Source of the DNA: Mobula hypostoma
Taxonomy: Eukaryota
Reading direction: 5' to 3'
DNA length: 64,000 bases
Assembly: GCF_963921235.1 (NCBI RefSeq)
Contig: NC_086109.1
Coordinates: forward strand, 24,988,001 to 25,052,000
Below the pieces are notes generated by a model. The model was not told the DNA's origin and did not search any database. It was given only the letters and a program-made list of their open reading frames with translations. Position numbers and translations under genes: made by a program. The number at the start of each line of letters is the position of its first letter. Positions within the stretch are counted from its first letter, which is position 1. Shown here piece by piece: positions 12,100 to 25,030 of the stretch.

Positions 12100-15000
12100 A
12101 GACGATAAAAACATAAAAAAAAAGCAAAATTAGGCCATTTGGCCCATCAGGTTGGCTCTGCCGTTCCATCAAGGTTGATTTATTATTCCCCTCAATCCCA
12201 TTCTTCTGTCTTCTCCCCATAACCTTTGATGGCCAGATTAATCAAGAACCTATCAACCACCACTTTAAATATACTCAATAACTTAGCATCCATAGGCATC
12301 TGTGGCAGTGAATACCACAGATTCACTACCCTCTGGCTAAAAATTCCTTCTCTGTTTTAAATAGACACCCCTATATTCTAAGGCTCTGCCCTTTGCTCCT
12401 GGACTCACCCATTATAGAAAACATCTTCACCACATCGACTCTATCCAGACCTTTCAATATTTGACAGGTTTCAATGAGAGCTCCCTCATTCTTCTAAACT
12501 CCAGCAAGTTGGGCCCAGAGCCATCAAATGCTCCTTATATGTTATGCCTTTTATTCCCTGAATCATTCTCTTGAACCTCCTCTGTATTCTCTCTAATACC
12601 AGCATATCTTTTCTTAGATAAGCAGCTGAGGAACTGAAAACTGCTCACAATACTCCAAGTGTGGACTTATCATCACATCCTTGCTCTTATATTCTCATCC
12701 TCTTGAAATGACTGCTAACATGGCATTTTCCTTCTTTACCACCAACTTAGCCTACAAGTTAACCTTTAGGGAATCCTGCACAAGGACTTCTAAGTCCCAT
12801 TGCACCTCTGATTTTTGAATTTTCTTTAGAAAATAGTCTGTGTCTTTATTCCTTCTACCAATGTGCATGACCACTCACTGCCCAACACTGTATTTCATCT
12901 GTTACTTCTTTGCCCATTATACTAATAAGTCTAAGTCCTTCTTCACGCTCTTTGCTTCCTCAACACTACCTGCCCCTCCACCTAGCTTTGTATCATCATC
13001 ATCAAACTTGACCACAAAGCCATCAATTTCATCATTCAAATCATTTATATATAACATGAAAAGAAGCAGTCCCAATTTCAACCACTGCAGAACACCACTA
13101 GTCACCTGCAGCCAACCAGAATAGTCCCCCTTTATTCCAATTCGTTGCGTCTTGTCAAATAGCCAATCTTCTATCCATGCTAGTGTCTTTCCTATAATAC
13201 CATGGGTTCTTATCGTGTTAAGCAGCCTCAGGTGTGGCACCTTGTCAAATACCTTCTGAAAATCCAAGTATACAACATCCACTGACTCTCCTTTGTTCAT
13301 TCTGCCAGTTGTTTCCTCAAAGAATTCTGACAATTTGTCAGGCAAGATTTCCCCTCAAGGAAACCGTGCAGACTTTGGCCTATTTTATCTTGTGCCTCTA
13401 AGTACCCCAAAACCTCATCCTTAATAATAGACTCCAACATCTTCCCAGTCCACTGAAGTCAGGCTAATTGGCCTATAATTTACTTGCTTAAAGAGTGGAG
13501 TGACATTGCAAATTTTCCATTCCTCTGGAACCATTACAGAATCTAGTGAATTTTAAGTGTTCATTTTTGAAAGCTTCTGAATCTTCTATGTTCCCACTAA
13601 TTTTTGATATATTATATGTCCTCTCTTTTGTTTTTATGCTGTATTTGACTTCCCTTGTCAGCCATGGTTGCCTCATTTTCCCTTTAGAGTACTTCATCTT
13701 TGCGATGTATCTATCCTGCACCTTCTGAATTGCCCCCCAGAAATTCCAACCATTTCTGTTCTGCTGTCATCCCTGATAGTGTCCCCTTCCAATCAACTTT
13801 GGCCAGCTCCTGTCTCATGCCTCTATATATCCTTTTGCTACTGTAATACTGATAGATCTGACTTTATCTTCTCTCTCTCAAAATGCAGGGTGAATTCTAT
13901 CATATTATGATCACTGTCTCCTAAAGGTTCCTTTACCTTAAGCTCTGTAATCAATTCTGGTTCATTACGCAACAACCAATCCAAAGTTGTCTTTCCCTTA
14001 TTGGGCTCAACCTGCTTATTGGCAGTCTACAAATTCCCTCTCTTGGGATCCAGTGCTAACCTAATTTTCTCAATCTATCTGCATACTGCAATCCACCATC
14101 ACTGTTGTAACTTTGCCTTTTTTACATGACTTTTCTATCTCCCCTTGTAATTTGTATCCCATGTCCTGGCTATTATTTTGAGGCCTTTATACACAGTAAC
14201 TCCCTCCAGGGTCATTTTTATGCTGCCGTTTCTTAACTCTACCCACAAGGATTCTACATTTTCAGATCCAATATCAACCCGTTCAAAGGATTTTTTTTAC
14301 ATTTTTTACCAACAAAGTTACCCCATCCCCTCTACCCACCTGCCTGCCCTTTCAATACAAGGCATATCCCGGCTATGATCTTCTTTCAGCTATGTGTCAG
14401 TGATGTCCATAATGTCATACCTGCCAATCTCTAATTATGCTATAAGATCATCTACCTTATTCCATACACTGTGCACATTCAAATATAGCAATTTCAGTCC
14501 AGTATTCATTACTCTTTTTGATTTTGCCCTCATTTCAAATCATCCCACTGACTACAATTTTGCCCTGTCACCTGGCTATTCTGCCTCATAATCTCACTCC
14601 AAACAGCATCTACTTGTGTATCAATCCCCATCCTCAGCCCTATCATTCCAGTTCCCATCTTCTGCCAACATAGTTTAAACCTTCCCCAACAGTCCTAGCA
14701 AACCTGTCCATAAGGATATTGGTCTCCCTTGGGCTCGTCCTTTTTGTAAAGGTCATACTTTGCCCAGAAGGGATCCAAATTATCCAAAAATCTGACAACC
14801 TGCCCCGTGCACCAATTCCTCAGCCACATACTCATATGTCAAATCATCCTATTCTTACACTCACTGGTGCATAGCACAGTCCACAATTCAAAGATTACTA
14901 CCTTAGAGGTTCTGTTTTACAGCTTTCTACCTAACTCCCTATAGGGAGTTCCTTTAGGACCTCCTCCCCTTCCTACCTATGTAGTCTGCTTCTCCCTGGT

Positions 15001-15690
15001 AGGTTCCACACCCACCTCCCCGCCCCCCCCCATCAACAGTATCCTTAGCAGTATACTTTTTATTGAGGGGAATAGCTACAGGGGTACTCTGCACAGTCAG
15101 CCTCCTGCAATTTATGGAAGACTACCTCCTTGTTACTATTATCTACCATCACCTCATTGTCCTGTATGAGGCGAAGGTCATCGAATTGCAGCATCATATC
15201 CTTTAACGTGGTCTCTAAGGAACTGCAGCTTGATGCATTTCATGTAGATGAGGTTATCAGGGAAATTTGAGGTCTCCCAGAGCTCCCACATCTCATACAA
15301 AGAACATACCACTAACTCTGGATCAATTCTCAGCACACTAGCTATGTTCTAATAGACAAAGAAAGAAAAACAAACTAGAAACATTTAGAATCTCTGTCAG
15401 TGCTTGCCCAAGCCTGTTCTCACTGAAGCCTGCTGAGCCAAAGCCAGACTACTCTAACATTGGCCCACTCCATAAATGGCTGCTCCAATAATGGCCGCAC
15501 CGACAATGGCCATTCTGCATACACACCCCTTCTTTTTATTGACTCAAATAAAACTCATTCCTCATGAGACTTGCAGCTTTTAAATGGCTCCCACCCTACA
15601 TGATGTTGCTTTCTTACTCACTACTGCAAACAATGACGCACTCCTGACGAGACCCGCAATTTTCAAATGGCACCCGTCTTGCCGAATTTC
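12100..15690 (-). mobile_element. Degraded CR1 LINE (5'UTR, ORF1 remnant, ORF2 with deletions, 3' end)
   Basis: RT ORF VDVVYLDFQKVFDKVPH...WIEDWL...SGVLQ...YINDL...KFDDDDTKLGG. Also a QPWLTREVK linker and a CR1-type 3'UTR. Confidence 0.9.
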
Positions 15691-16099
15691 GCTCTCTCAC
15701 TCATTACTTCTAACAATTGATAGCTGATAAATTTTTACTTAGATCAAACCTGTAATGCTTTCTTCTTCTTTCTAGGCAGATCTTTGGTTTCTGCCCACAT
15801 TGATTAGGTTCAGAGATCACCAACAAGGCCATTGTAGGGACCACTGTCTCTTCGACAGAGAGGTTCCTGATGGAGTGATGGGTTGTAAGGTGGTGCACTC
15901 CTTCTGCCATTTACGCTGAGTTTTTCTAAGTTCTCAATGCATGGACCTGAGATTGGCAATACCATCCCAATATCTTTCCCTTCCCCCTCACTTTCTTATT
16001 CTGACTTCTTCCCCGTCCTCTCTTATCCTCTCCATACATGCTGCCTGACATGCTGAGTTCCTCCAACACTTTTTCTGTGTTCCCAAGGGTTCTTTCACC

Positions 16100-16530
16100 A
16101 CTTTTAGAGGTCATGGACCAAGAATTCCCATGAGTCAGCAGGGTTGCATTTCTTCAAGCACATCCTTAAATCTTTCCCGCTCTCCACCTTGTAATCTCTC
16201 ATTACAGAGGTTGGAGCAGATCGGCTGTTTCAGCAGTCTGGTGTCAGATGTACAAACCTGTATGCCTGCCCAATGGCCCCAATGAGTTTAAACATGGCCT
16301 CACTGGGAATGTTGACCTGAGAGAGGATGCGAGCTGTTTCACCTACTCTTCTGGTTTTGATGATATTTCAGAGGTACCTCTCCAAAGTCTTAAAGTGCCA
16401 GCTATGGGTAGTCCAGGTCTAGGAGAGCAAGGATCAAACCATCAGTTTTGTATGAGTTCTTTATGTTCAAGCATACTTTTTTTTCAAAGAACTGAAGCCT
16501 GTGCTGGCACATTGAAGGCAATGGTGAAAT
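16100..16530 (-). mobile_element. Old RTE LINE C-terminal fragment
   Basis: Minus strand reads WAG...SDTRLLKQ...GGERERFKDVL, resembling the intact RTE at 43661-45727. Confidence 0.6.
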
Positions 16531-17345
16531 AAAATTCTGTCAGATCAGAAGAAAACATTTTTGATAGATACATGTACTTGGGCAACCGGATTGTGTTTAT
16601 GTAATCTGCCCAAGGCATTAAGAAGGCAACTGTGGTTCACTTAGGAAAATATGTTGCAAATGACTTGGATCACTTGGGGTAACTTAATGTGCAAAAAGGG
16701 TGAATGATTGGTCTGTGGGATTGGCCTGGAGAGGCAGTATGGGTTTATTGAGTTGAAAAACAATCTGTGCTGTAGAAATTCTGTGATGCTAATTGTTGAT
16801 GTGATTTAGACAGAGTATTTAATTCCAATAAGGTAGCAAAGCTCAAGTGAACAATAAAGCTTAGAGACAGCCTTTCCTTCTACTGTCTGGAATACTAACT
16901 GAGTGCAGTGACTGTGGAAATTCCAGAGTTTTGTGGACAGAGAGCTGGGAAATCAATTGGGTCAAAAAAACCTCATGCGAGATATGTTCCACCATCAAAA
17001 ACTTAAAAGGGATTTTATGGGGCTTCATTGAGGCTGGACCATTGGTACTGGAAAACGAGGTAGGTCACATGGTTACAATGTTTATCAGAAAGTTGTTGCA
17101 AAGCAGCTACCATAAGTATGGCTGCTATGGAGAATATTTACCAGCACACTGATATTTAAAGTTGAGCGTTGTCGTAAAACTGTTTCTGTATGTGTCTAGT
17201 CAAGAGGAATTGGGACTCGTAGGCATGTGGCCATAGAAAGAGTTAAAGTAAAGAATGATTTAAAAAATGTTGAAAAGTACATCTGTCCTTTCTCAGTGAA
17301 AGCCGGGATACATTAGAATGAATTGGTTTAATATACATCCCCTGA

Positions 17346-20300
17346 GCTGCAGATAGTGTGATTGATAGAAAACTGCCAACTTTAGTGCACATTACACAAA
17401 TATGAGGTCAGCTATTAACTACACACAAGAATGGTATGATCAATAACAGAGAACAGTCAACAATATCAATGACTGAGGTGGTAATCCAAGTTCTTCTTCG
17501 CAGAATCCTGGGTCGGATTCTGATAACATTCTCCCTTCAAAGTGCAGAGCATTGAATATATTGACGTTCCAGCATTTATCAGGATGATTCCCTTTCTTTC
17601 AAGTTTTCATGATTCAGACAAAGAACATTCTGTCTGTGAAGATAAGTTGAGAGTCCTGACAAAAGACCCATTCTTTGTCTCTTCCATTGTTATGTCGATA
17701 GCTTCTGATAGCAGGCTTGCAAGACTTCCCACGGAGTGGAACAGAAAATGTTAGAGGCAGTCAAGATGCTCTATCATAAACTACATAAATCAGATCAGAG
17801 TGTTCATAACTTCGCAACATAATTGGATGAAAAGGAATAAATATACAAGGTAGATAGGTCATCCCCAGATAAACTGCATAAAAGGTCTTTCATATCACAT
17901 TGGAAATGCAAAACCTACCCTTTCTTCGAGTTCTTTTGTGCAGGGCACCATATATTCCTTTTGAGTAAAACCACAATTCAAGTATTTCATTTGTACTGTC
18001 CACAGTCTCCTCTACAATGAATTGTACAGTCTTCAGTTATAATGGCAACTTCTCAGCAAATGAACCCATCCATAGCTGCACATTGAAAGACCGAGAAAAC
18101 ATTGACTGTCTCTGATAAGAGGAATTCTAACCAACTACCCTGAACACTGAATGACTTACCAACTTCTCCAAAATCAACGGACCAATTTCCCCCAAGTGAC
18201 CCCATGAGCATCATTACAACTGACCTCACAACCTGGCGGAGAGCATCCCAATACCTGAGCCTAAAAAATGAAACAGTTCACCAAGGCTGTTGGTATAAGG
18301 ACACAGGGCAATTGACAATGGATTGCATTTGTGATCCCTGAACTCAAATACGTATGGAGATGAAATTGGTAACCCTAAAACTGTGCAGTGTGAAGAGAAC
18401 TCTGATGTGTTAATACCTTGTCAAGGCAGATATAATCTTTCTCCAGGAGTGGGGCCTGCCACATCTCCACGATCAGAAGTGGTTGCAATGTTGGTCCCGA
18501 GGTTTATCCAAAAGGTCGAGAGATTGCAATGATAATCGCATATCCAACTTGGGTATCTGCTGCAGAAAGGGAACTTCCCAATCACTGAAGTCAAATAGAT
18601 GGTGGGTGGGCCACTCCTTGTGGCAGACATAAAGTACTATAACAATCCACTATGGCTACGTTTGATTTATTTGTTTGGAGATACATTGTGGAACACAGTT
18701 AAATAAATTAAGTAAGAAAGTTCATTTATTCCAGCCCAACAAGTGGTGTTGCCCAGGAACTTACCTATTTATCCTTAGCCTAATCACAGGAAAAAAATAT
18801 AATGCCCTATTAACCTACCAACTGATCCATCTTTGGACTGTGGGAGGAAACCAGAGCACCAGAAGGAAACCCACACGGTCACAGAGAGAACATACAAACT
18901 CCTTACAGACAATGCCAGCATAGGAATTCAAACTCTGATGCCCCAGGCTGTAGAAGTGTAACCTTATGCTGCTATGGCAGCCTGGTGTGTACACCTCACC
19001 CATGCAGAGCAAGTGGCTAGAATCCTCCAGTAGTTTCCATCGCTGCTGGTGATGTCCCTTCCAATCTTTTTTCCATTCAAATGCAGCATCAATGCATTTG
19101 GACAATCTGACAGTGCAGACAGGAGATTAGTCAGCAGATCCAGACTCCTGATAGAAACAATTAACAATTCAAAGTTGAGTGACAACTTCTGCACCCCTGC
19201 AGGAAGAGCAGAGCCACGGTGCACTTGGACTGGACGGGGCAGCCAGACTTCCTCATTGTGTTGAAGGCAGACAAAGCCAGATCCACTGACATCATGTGAT
19301 GTTCTTCTCTGATCACTGCCTCCTACAAGAGGTCTAGAAGGCAGGCAGGGGACGTAGAAACATAGAAATATAGAAACCATAGAAACATAGAGAACCTACA
19401 GCACAATACAGGCCCTTTGGCCCACGATTCTGTGCCAAATATGTACTTACTTTAGAAATTACCTAAGGTTACCCATAGCCCTTTACTTTTCTAAGCTCCA
19501 TGTACCTATCCAGGAGTCTCATAAAAGACACTATTGTATCCGCCTCCACCACCATTGCCAGCAGCCCATTCCACGTACTCACCGCTCTCTGCGTAAAAAA
19601 CTTGCCCCGATATTTCCTCTGTATCTACTTCCAAGCACCTTAAAACTGCGCCCTCTCGTGTTAGCCATTTCAGCCTTGGGGAAAAGCCTCTGACTATCCA
19701 CATGGTCAATGCCTCTCATCATCTTATACACCTCCATCAAGTCACCTCTCATCCTCCATTGCTCCAAGGAGAAAAGGCCAAGCTCACCCAACCTACTCTC
19801 ATAAGGCGTGTTCCCCAATCCTTGTAAATCTCCTCTATACCCTTTCTATAGTTTCTATATCCTTCCTGTAGTGAGGTGACCAGAACTGAACACGGTACCC
19901 CAAGTGGGGTCTGACCAGGGTCCTATACAGCTGTAACATTACCTCTCGGCTCTTGAACTCAATCCCACAGTTGATGAAGGCCAATACACTGTATGCCTTC
20001 TTAACCACACAGTCAACCCGCGCAGCAGCTTTGAGTGTCCTATGGACTTGAATCCCAAGATCCCTCTGATCCTTCTCACTGCCAAGAGTCTTACCGTTAA
20101 TTCTATATTCTGCCATCATATTTGACCTACCAAAATGATCCACCTCACACTTATCTGGGTTGAACTCCATCTGCCACTTCTCAGCTCAGTTTTGCATCTT
20201 ATTGATGTCCCCCTGTAACCTCTGACAGCCCTGGACAAGGATGCAAGGGTCTGTGTTCTGGTTTATCCCCAGCAGCCACATAACAGATGATTCTCTGATC

Positions 20301-20431
20301 TACAGGCTGGTCCCAGGGGCACACAGCAAGACAGGCATCAAGTGCCTCTGAAAATCATCATCTCAGAGCCTTCTGGCTTTCATAGAACTTGTCTGTGTTT
20401 CAGCCCAGCGAGATGTCAGTAAGGGACAGTG
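17346..20431 (+). pseudogene. Degraded non-TE reading frame in three pieces (17346-18656, 18979-19354, 20233-20431); candidate endogenous negative-strand RNA virus L-gene fragment
   Basis: Long protein-like frames with scattered stops and shifts: REQSTISMTEVVIQVLLRRILGRIL; IDVPAFIRMIPFLSSFHD; PMSIITTDLTTWRRA; KAVGIRTQGN*QWIAFVIPEL; GGPLLVADIKYYNNPLW. Split by a later SINE and a CR1. Family assignment is by eye only. Confidence 0.35.
19355..20232 (-). mobile_element. Young 5'-truncated CR1 LINE
   Basis: ORFs MEFNPDKCEV..., LVRPHLGYRVQFWSPHYRKD, RMRGDLMEVYKMMRGID. (TAGAAACA)n tail at 19355-19395. Same subfamily as 42060-47452. Confidence 0.92.
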
Positions 20432-20718
20432 CTACCTACCGATGCTCACTACTAAAATCGAGGCGAGAAGACTGCAACTAACCGGGCACTGTCTACGCCA
20501 CCTGGAGCTACCTGCCAGCCTGTCATCATATGGGAGCCCAAGCATGGGAGGATGAGCCCTGGGCGCCCTCCGAAGACTATGGTCAACACGCTCCTAGAAG
20601 ACAGCAGCGCGGCTAATGTGGATGAACTGAACACACAGATGAGGGAGAGGGAGAAGTGGAGAGTCCGTCATCGTGCCTGATGCTGGCCCACTAGGCCTGA
20701 GTCGACGTAGTAGTAGTA
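20432..20718 (+). mobile_element. 5'-truncated RTE-clade LINE 3' end
   Basis: IEARRLQLTGHCLRH...WEPKHGRMSPGRP, (GTA)n tail, TSD GACAGTG (20425-20431 and 20719-20725). Confidence 0.8.
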
Positions 20719-23403
20719 GACAGTGTGGCTGAGCTACTTACTGTTTACCATTTACTTGTGCTGCATATTACATGCATTTTGAATTATATTTTATTAACTT
20801 CTCTGCAATCAACATTCTGGAGGTCAATAATGAATAGAAGTTCAACTGGATCAGCCACGTATATACCATGGCTACAAGAATAATTCAGATGTTGGGTATC
20901 CTGTGATGAGTGACTCACCTCCTGATGTCCCAAAGTCTTTTTGCTAAATGGTGAGCGATGAGTGCAGACCCAACACTGTAGGGAAGATTGCCACCATCCT
21001 GGACAAAGCAACCGCTTGAACAGTGCCACTCCTAGAAAGGTAAATGGCATTGCTCAAAGCACCACTGTTCCTTAGGAATATTAGAAATGCTCAGATTGCT
21101 ATTCAGAGTCAGAAGACAAACTGTTCTAAATAACATTCATAAACAAAGAATATCATATCTGCATAAATGGGTTTTACTTCTTTGTATAAGATCAGTATAA
21201 ATGGATTCTACATTACAGCCAGCAATGTCAATACTTTTATTGACTCTGACATAGAAATATTCAACATTGTCCAAATGTGCTACGAACTCATCCTACAATT
21301 TTTGACACCAAGAGGCCAGAATAGTAAAGAAAACCCACCATGACTTGTTTTGTTGCTCCTCTTCATGGCCTGTGGCACATTGGGGTGGAACCTTCCCATT
21401 TCTTGAGCATTTTGTCTGTTTTTTCACGAGGCCAAGTTGCTAGCTTGACGCTCAAACCAGCACGGATGGAAAGCATGCAACGAGCGAGCTGGATTCGAGC
21501 CCGGGACCACTTGCCTCGACGTCCGGTGTGGATGCTACGACATCACCGGCCAGCTTATGATTTATGTTGTTGAACATATATTTATTTTTACCAGATCAAT
21601 ATCCTGGATCTCACTGCTTTATGGTGTTATAAACACATAACAGCAAAGCCATGAGGTGAAAGTCCACTGCTACCTTCCCAGTAGCAACATTCTCAGCATC
21701 TTCTTTAGAGACCCGAATACAAATGTAAATCTTTCATTCTAATCTACGTCAACATTACTGAAGGTGTACTTCAGTGACGGAGGTGCCATCTTTCAGATGG
21801 CATTCCATTTTATTGTAATTGTGCTCTTTCCTATACAACAAGTGAATAATTTATGTTTCTCTTTCGAATGCTGTGTATTTGTCACTATGTGCCTGCAACG
21901 CTGCTGCATGTAAGTTTTTCATTGCATCTGTGCCTACACGTACTTGTGCAATGTAACAATAAACTCACTTTGATTTTGAAGGGGCAACATGGGATTCAGG
22001 GAGGGAGTTAGAGAGAACTGAGGAATTTCAAATGAGACAGTGGCAAACACTGAGGAATTGCAGATGAGTTATTAATGGGCACTGAGGGATTTCTAGAGCG
22101 GTGTGGATAGGCACTGGATGATTAGAGGTAAACAGTCACGGAACAGGTAGAGGTATTATCACCTATTAGCACCTCTCTTTCAAGAACGGAGGAGCTGACT
22201 GCGAGTGAGCATCAAAACTATAGATTCAGTGCCAATGCTTCTGCCTGTAGGCACCAAAACCTATCTTAAGGTAGCGAAGCTGGAGATGGAAGAGGATGGG
22301 GAAAAACAGCAGCACAGTGGCATAGATGTTAGCCTAACACTTTACTGCACTAGCTGTAAGATTAGGGTTCGATTCCTGTCGCTGTCTGCAAGGGGTTTGT
22401 ACATTCTGCCCATGAACATGAGGGTTTTCTCCAGGAGCTCCAGTTTCCTGCTACATTCCAAAGACATACGGTCAGGGTTAGTGAGCTGTGAGCATGCCAG
22501 AAGCATGGTAAAACTTGCACGCTGCCCAACACAATCCTAGCGGATTTGATTTGATGCAAACAATACATTTCACTGTAGGTTTCAATGTACATGTGACAAA
22601 GATAATCTATCTGAAAAAGAACAAAAATGGATGACATTTTAATACTTAGGCCACATTCTAGTAGTAGACACATTGTTTTGTGTGCTGATGAACTAAGCAA
22701 CTGCTCTCTAAAACAAATTAGAAAGATTTTAAAAGAACATGCTGAGTTATGCAAAACATTAAGTTCTCCCGAGAGAGATTTCTGATTAAAATCTAACATA
22801 CGTTACTGCTCTCAGTCCATCTACCAGGATCATCTCAATCACAAAGCTCCATCATGAGAGTCAGTTGGTCGAAAGGGTAAGCAATTAATTAATGAATTTC
22901 CATTAAAAAGAACTTCCAATTATTTGAGATATATGAGTCCATTTTCTCCATGTTTAACAACTACAATAATGCTCAGTGTTTTGATAACCTCTTTGACTTG
23001 AGGGAGAGTTATTTATTGATTTAATTTACCATAGGATAGTGCCAAACAGAAATTATTTCTAAAACCCTCCATGGGCATTGTGAAAAGAGGCCGTCTTGTT
23101 TGTTGAAATAAATAAAATTGATCTATTACAATGTTTGACATTTCCAATGAATCTAACCTGAGGGTTTGATCCTTCCACCTGGTTGTTCTGGTTCAGTGTA
23201 ATTCTTTGAGACGGCTCTATAGCCATATTAAAAGTAAAAAGATGGCTAGGGAGAGTGTAGGTCACCTTAGAGATCATCAGGGTCACCTATGTCTTGAGCA
23301 GTAGGAGATAACTGGGATTTTTACTCATGGTTGCTCAAAGATAAGGGAGACAAGTGGAGATCTTTTGAAGGAAATTCACATAAATAGGGCAGAGGTACTT
23401 GCA

Positions 23404-23576
23404 ACACACACAAAATGCTGGAGGAACTCGGCAGGCCAGGCAGCATCTATGGAAAAATGTGCAGTCAATGTTTTGGCCCAAAACCCTTTTCCTGCTTATG
23501 CTGTCTGGCTGGCTGAGTTCCTCCAGCATTTTGTGTGTGTTTCTCAGATTTCCAGCATCTGCAGATTTTCTCTTGT
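23404..23576. mobile_element. Hairpin-shaped Penelope-type element (inverted pLTR fragments)
   Basis: ACACACACAAAATGCTGGAGGAACTC... is paired with ...GAGTTCCTCCAGCATTTTGTGTGTGT. 14-bp TSD CAGAGGTACTTGCA (23390-23403 and 23577-23590). Confidence 0.8.
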
Positions 23577-23589
23577 CAGAGGTACTTGC

Positions 23590-24190
23590 AGCCTTAGAGC
23601 GCAATAAGGTGAATAATTCCGCAAGGCCTGACTGAGTACGCCCTCAGACTTTATGGGAGGCTCCAGAGAAATTTGCAGAGGTCCTTGTGGGCTACTGGTG
23701 AAGTTCCCGAAGACTGGAAAGTGGCTAATGTTACGCTGCTTAAAAAGGGAGCAAGGACAATCCAGGGAACAACAGGCTGGTTAGACTGAAGCTTCTGGAG
23801 GGAATTCTAAAGGACAGTATTTGGATAGATACAGTCTGATTAGGAGGAGTCAGCATGGTTTTGTGCATGAGAAGTCATGACTGAGGAAACGTTTAGAATT
23901 TTTTTTAAAGAAGTAAACAATAGGTGCATGAGAGCAGAGCAATGGATCTTGTCTACTTGGGCATCAGCAAGACCTTAATCAAGGTCCTGCATGGAACGAG
24001 CAGCTAGAGGAAGTGGTTGAGGCAGGTCAATAGTATCATTTAAAAACCACTTGAATAGGTAAATGGAGGGGTGGGTTTAGTGGGATATGGGCTGAACGCA
24101 GGAAATTGGGGCTAGCTGGATGGGTACGGTGGTTGACTGGGATTTGTAAGAGCCAAAAGGCCAGTATCCATACTGCAATACTCCATGACT
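23590..24190 (+). mobile_element. Degraded, internally deleted CR1 fragment
   Basis: VPEDWKVANV, SQHGFV and VYL..SK RT remnants followed by a CR1 3'UTR. Confidence 0.7.
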
Positions 24191-24614
24191 TTAACCCTTC
24201 GCCACATCTTCCTCCACAACCCCATCCTTTGTGCTGTCATGGATAGAATCTCTTCTGTCTGCTGGCTGCAGAATTCCTATGTGAGCTGAGGCAGAACTAT
24301 CTCAGCCCCTTAAATGCATAGATATTTCGATACTAACTGGGATTTCAACTGCAGGAGTATTCGGGAGATAAAGTTGAAAGTAAACAAAAGCATGCTTCTT
24401 TTTTCTAGGATTGGGGCTGGTTTATGCAGCCAGGGAATGGGAGAGCAATCTGTATGCAAATATGGAGTATCTGTTGAATACTGTATTTGTTAGACAAGTG
24501 CAGTGAGAGTTTGACCCTATATTTAATTGTGCTTTCCGTGACTTGCCTGATGGGAAGGAAGGAGATTTTCCTCTCCTTAGCACCTTATGTGCTATAGCTT
24601 CTTGCAAGTGATTA

Positions 24615-25030
24615 ATGAAATAGTGTAGAGGTAGTGCAGAGAGCTGTAAAACTAGTCAGCTCCATCGTGGGCAGTAGCCTCTGTAGTATCCAGGGCATCT
24701 TCAAGGAGCAATGCCTCAAAAAGGCCGCATCCATCATTAAGGGTGCCCTGTTCTCATTGCTACCATCAGGAAGGAGGGTCAAAAGTCTGAAGAAACACAC
24801 TGTAGGATTCAGGAACAGCTTTGTCCCGTCTGCCATCTGATTTCTGAATGGACATTGAACCGATGAACACTACCTCACTACTTTATTTTTATTTTTATAC
24901 TGTTTATTCAATTTAACTGTTTTATATATAGTTTTTTCCCCTCAGTTATTATGTATTGCATTGTACTGCTGCCCCAAAGACAACAAATTTCACGACACAT
25001 GCTAGTGATATTAAACCTGATTCTAATCTT
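24615..25030 (+). mobile_element. Rex1/Babar 3' fragment
   Basis: QRAVKL...CLKKAASII...FSLLPSGRR...FRNSFVPSAI and a (CTGATT)-type tail. Confidence 0.8.

Noticed and set aside
18261..18272. CTAAAAAATGAA as a bornavirus-type transcription stop/start signal
   Set aside because: It is too short and A-rich, and it falls in the middle of the putative coding relic.
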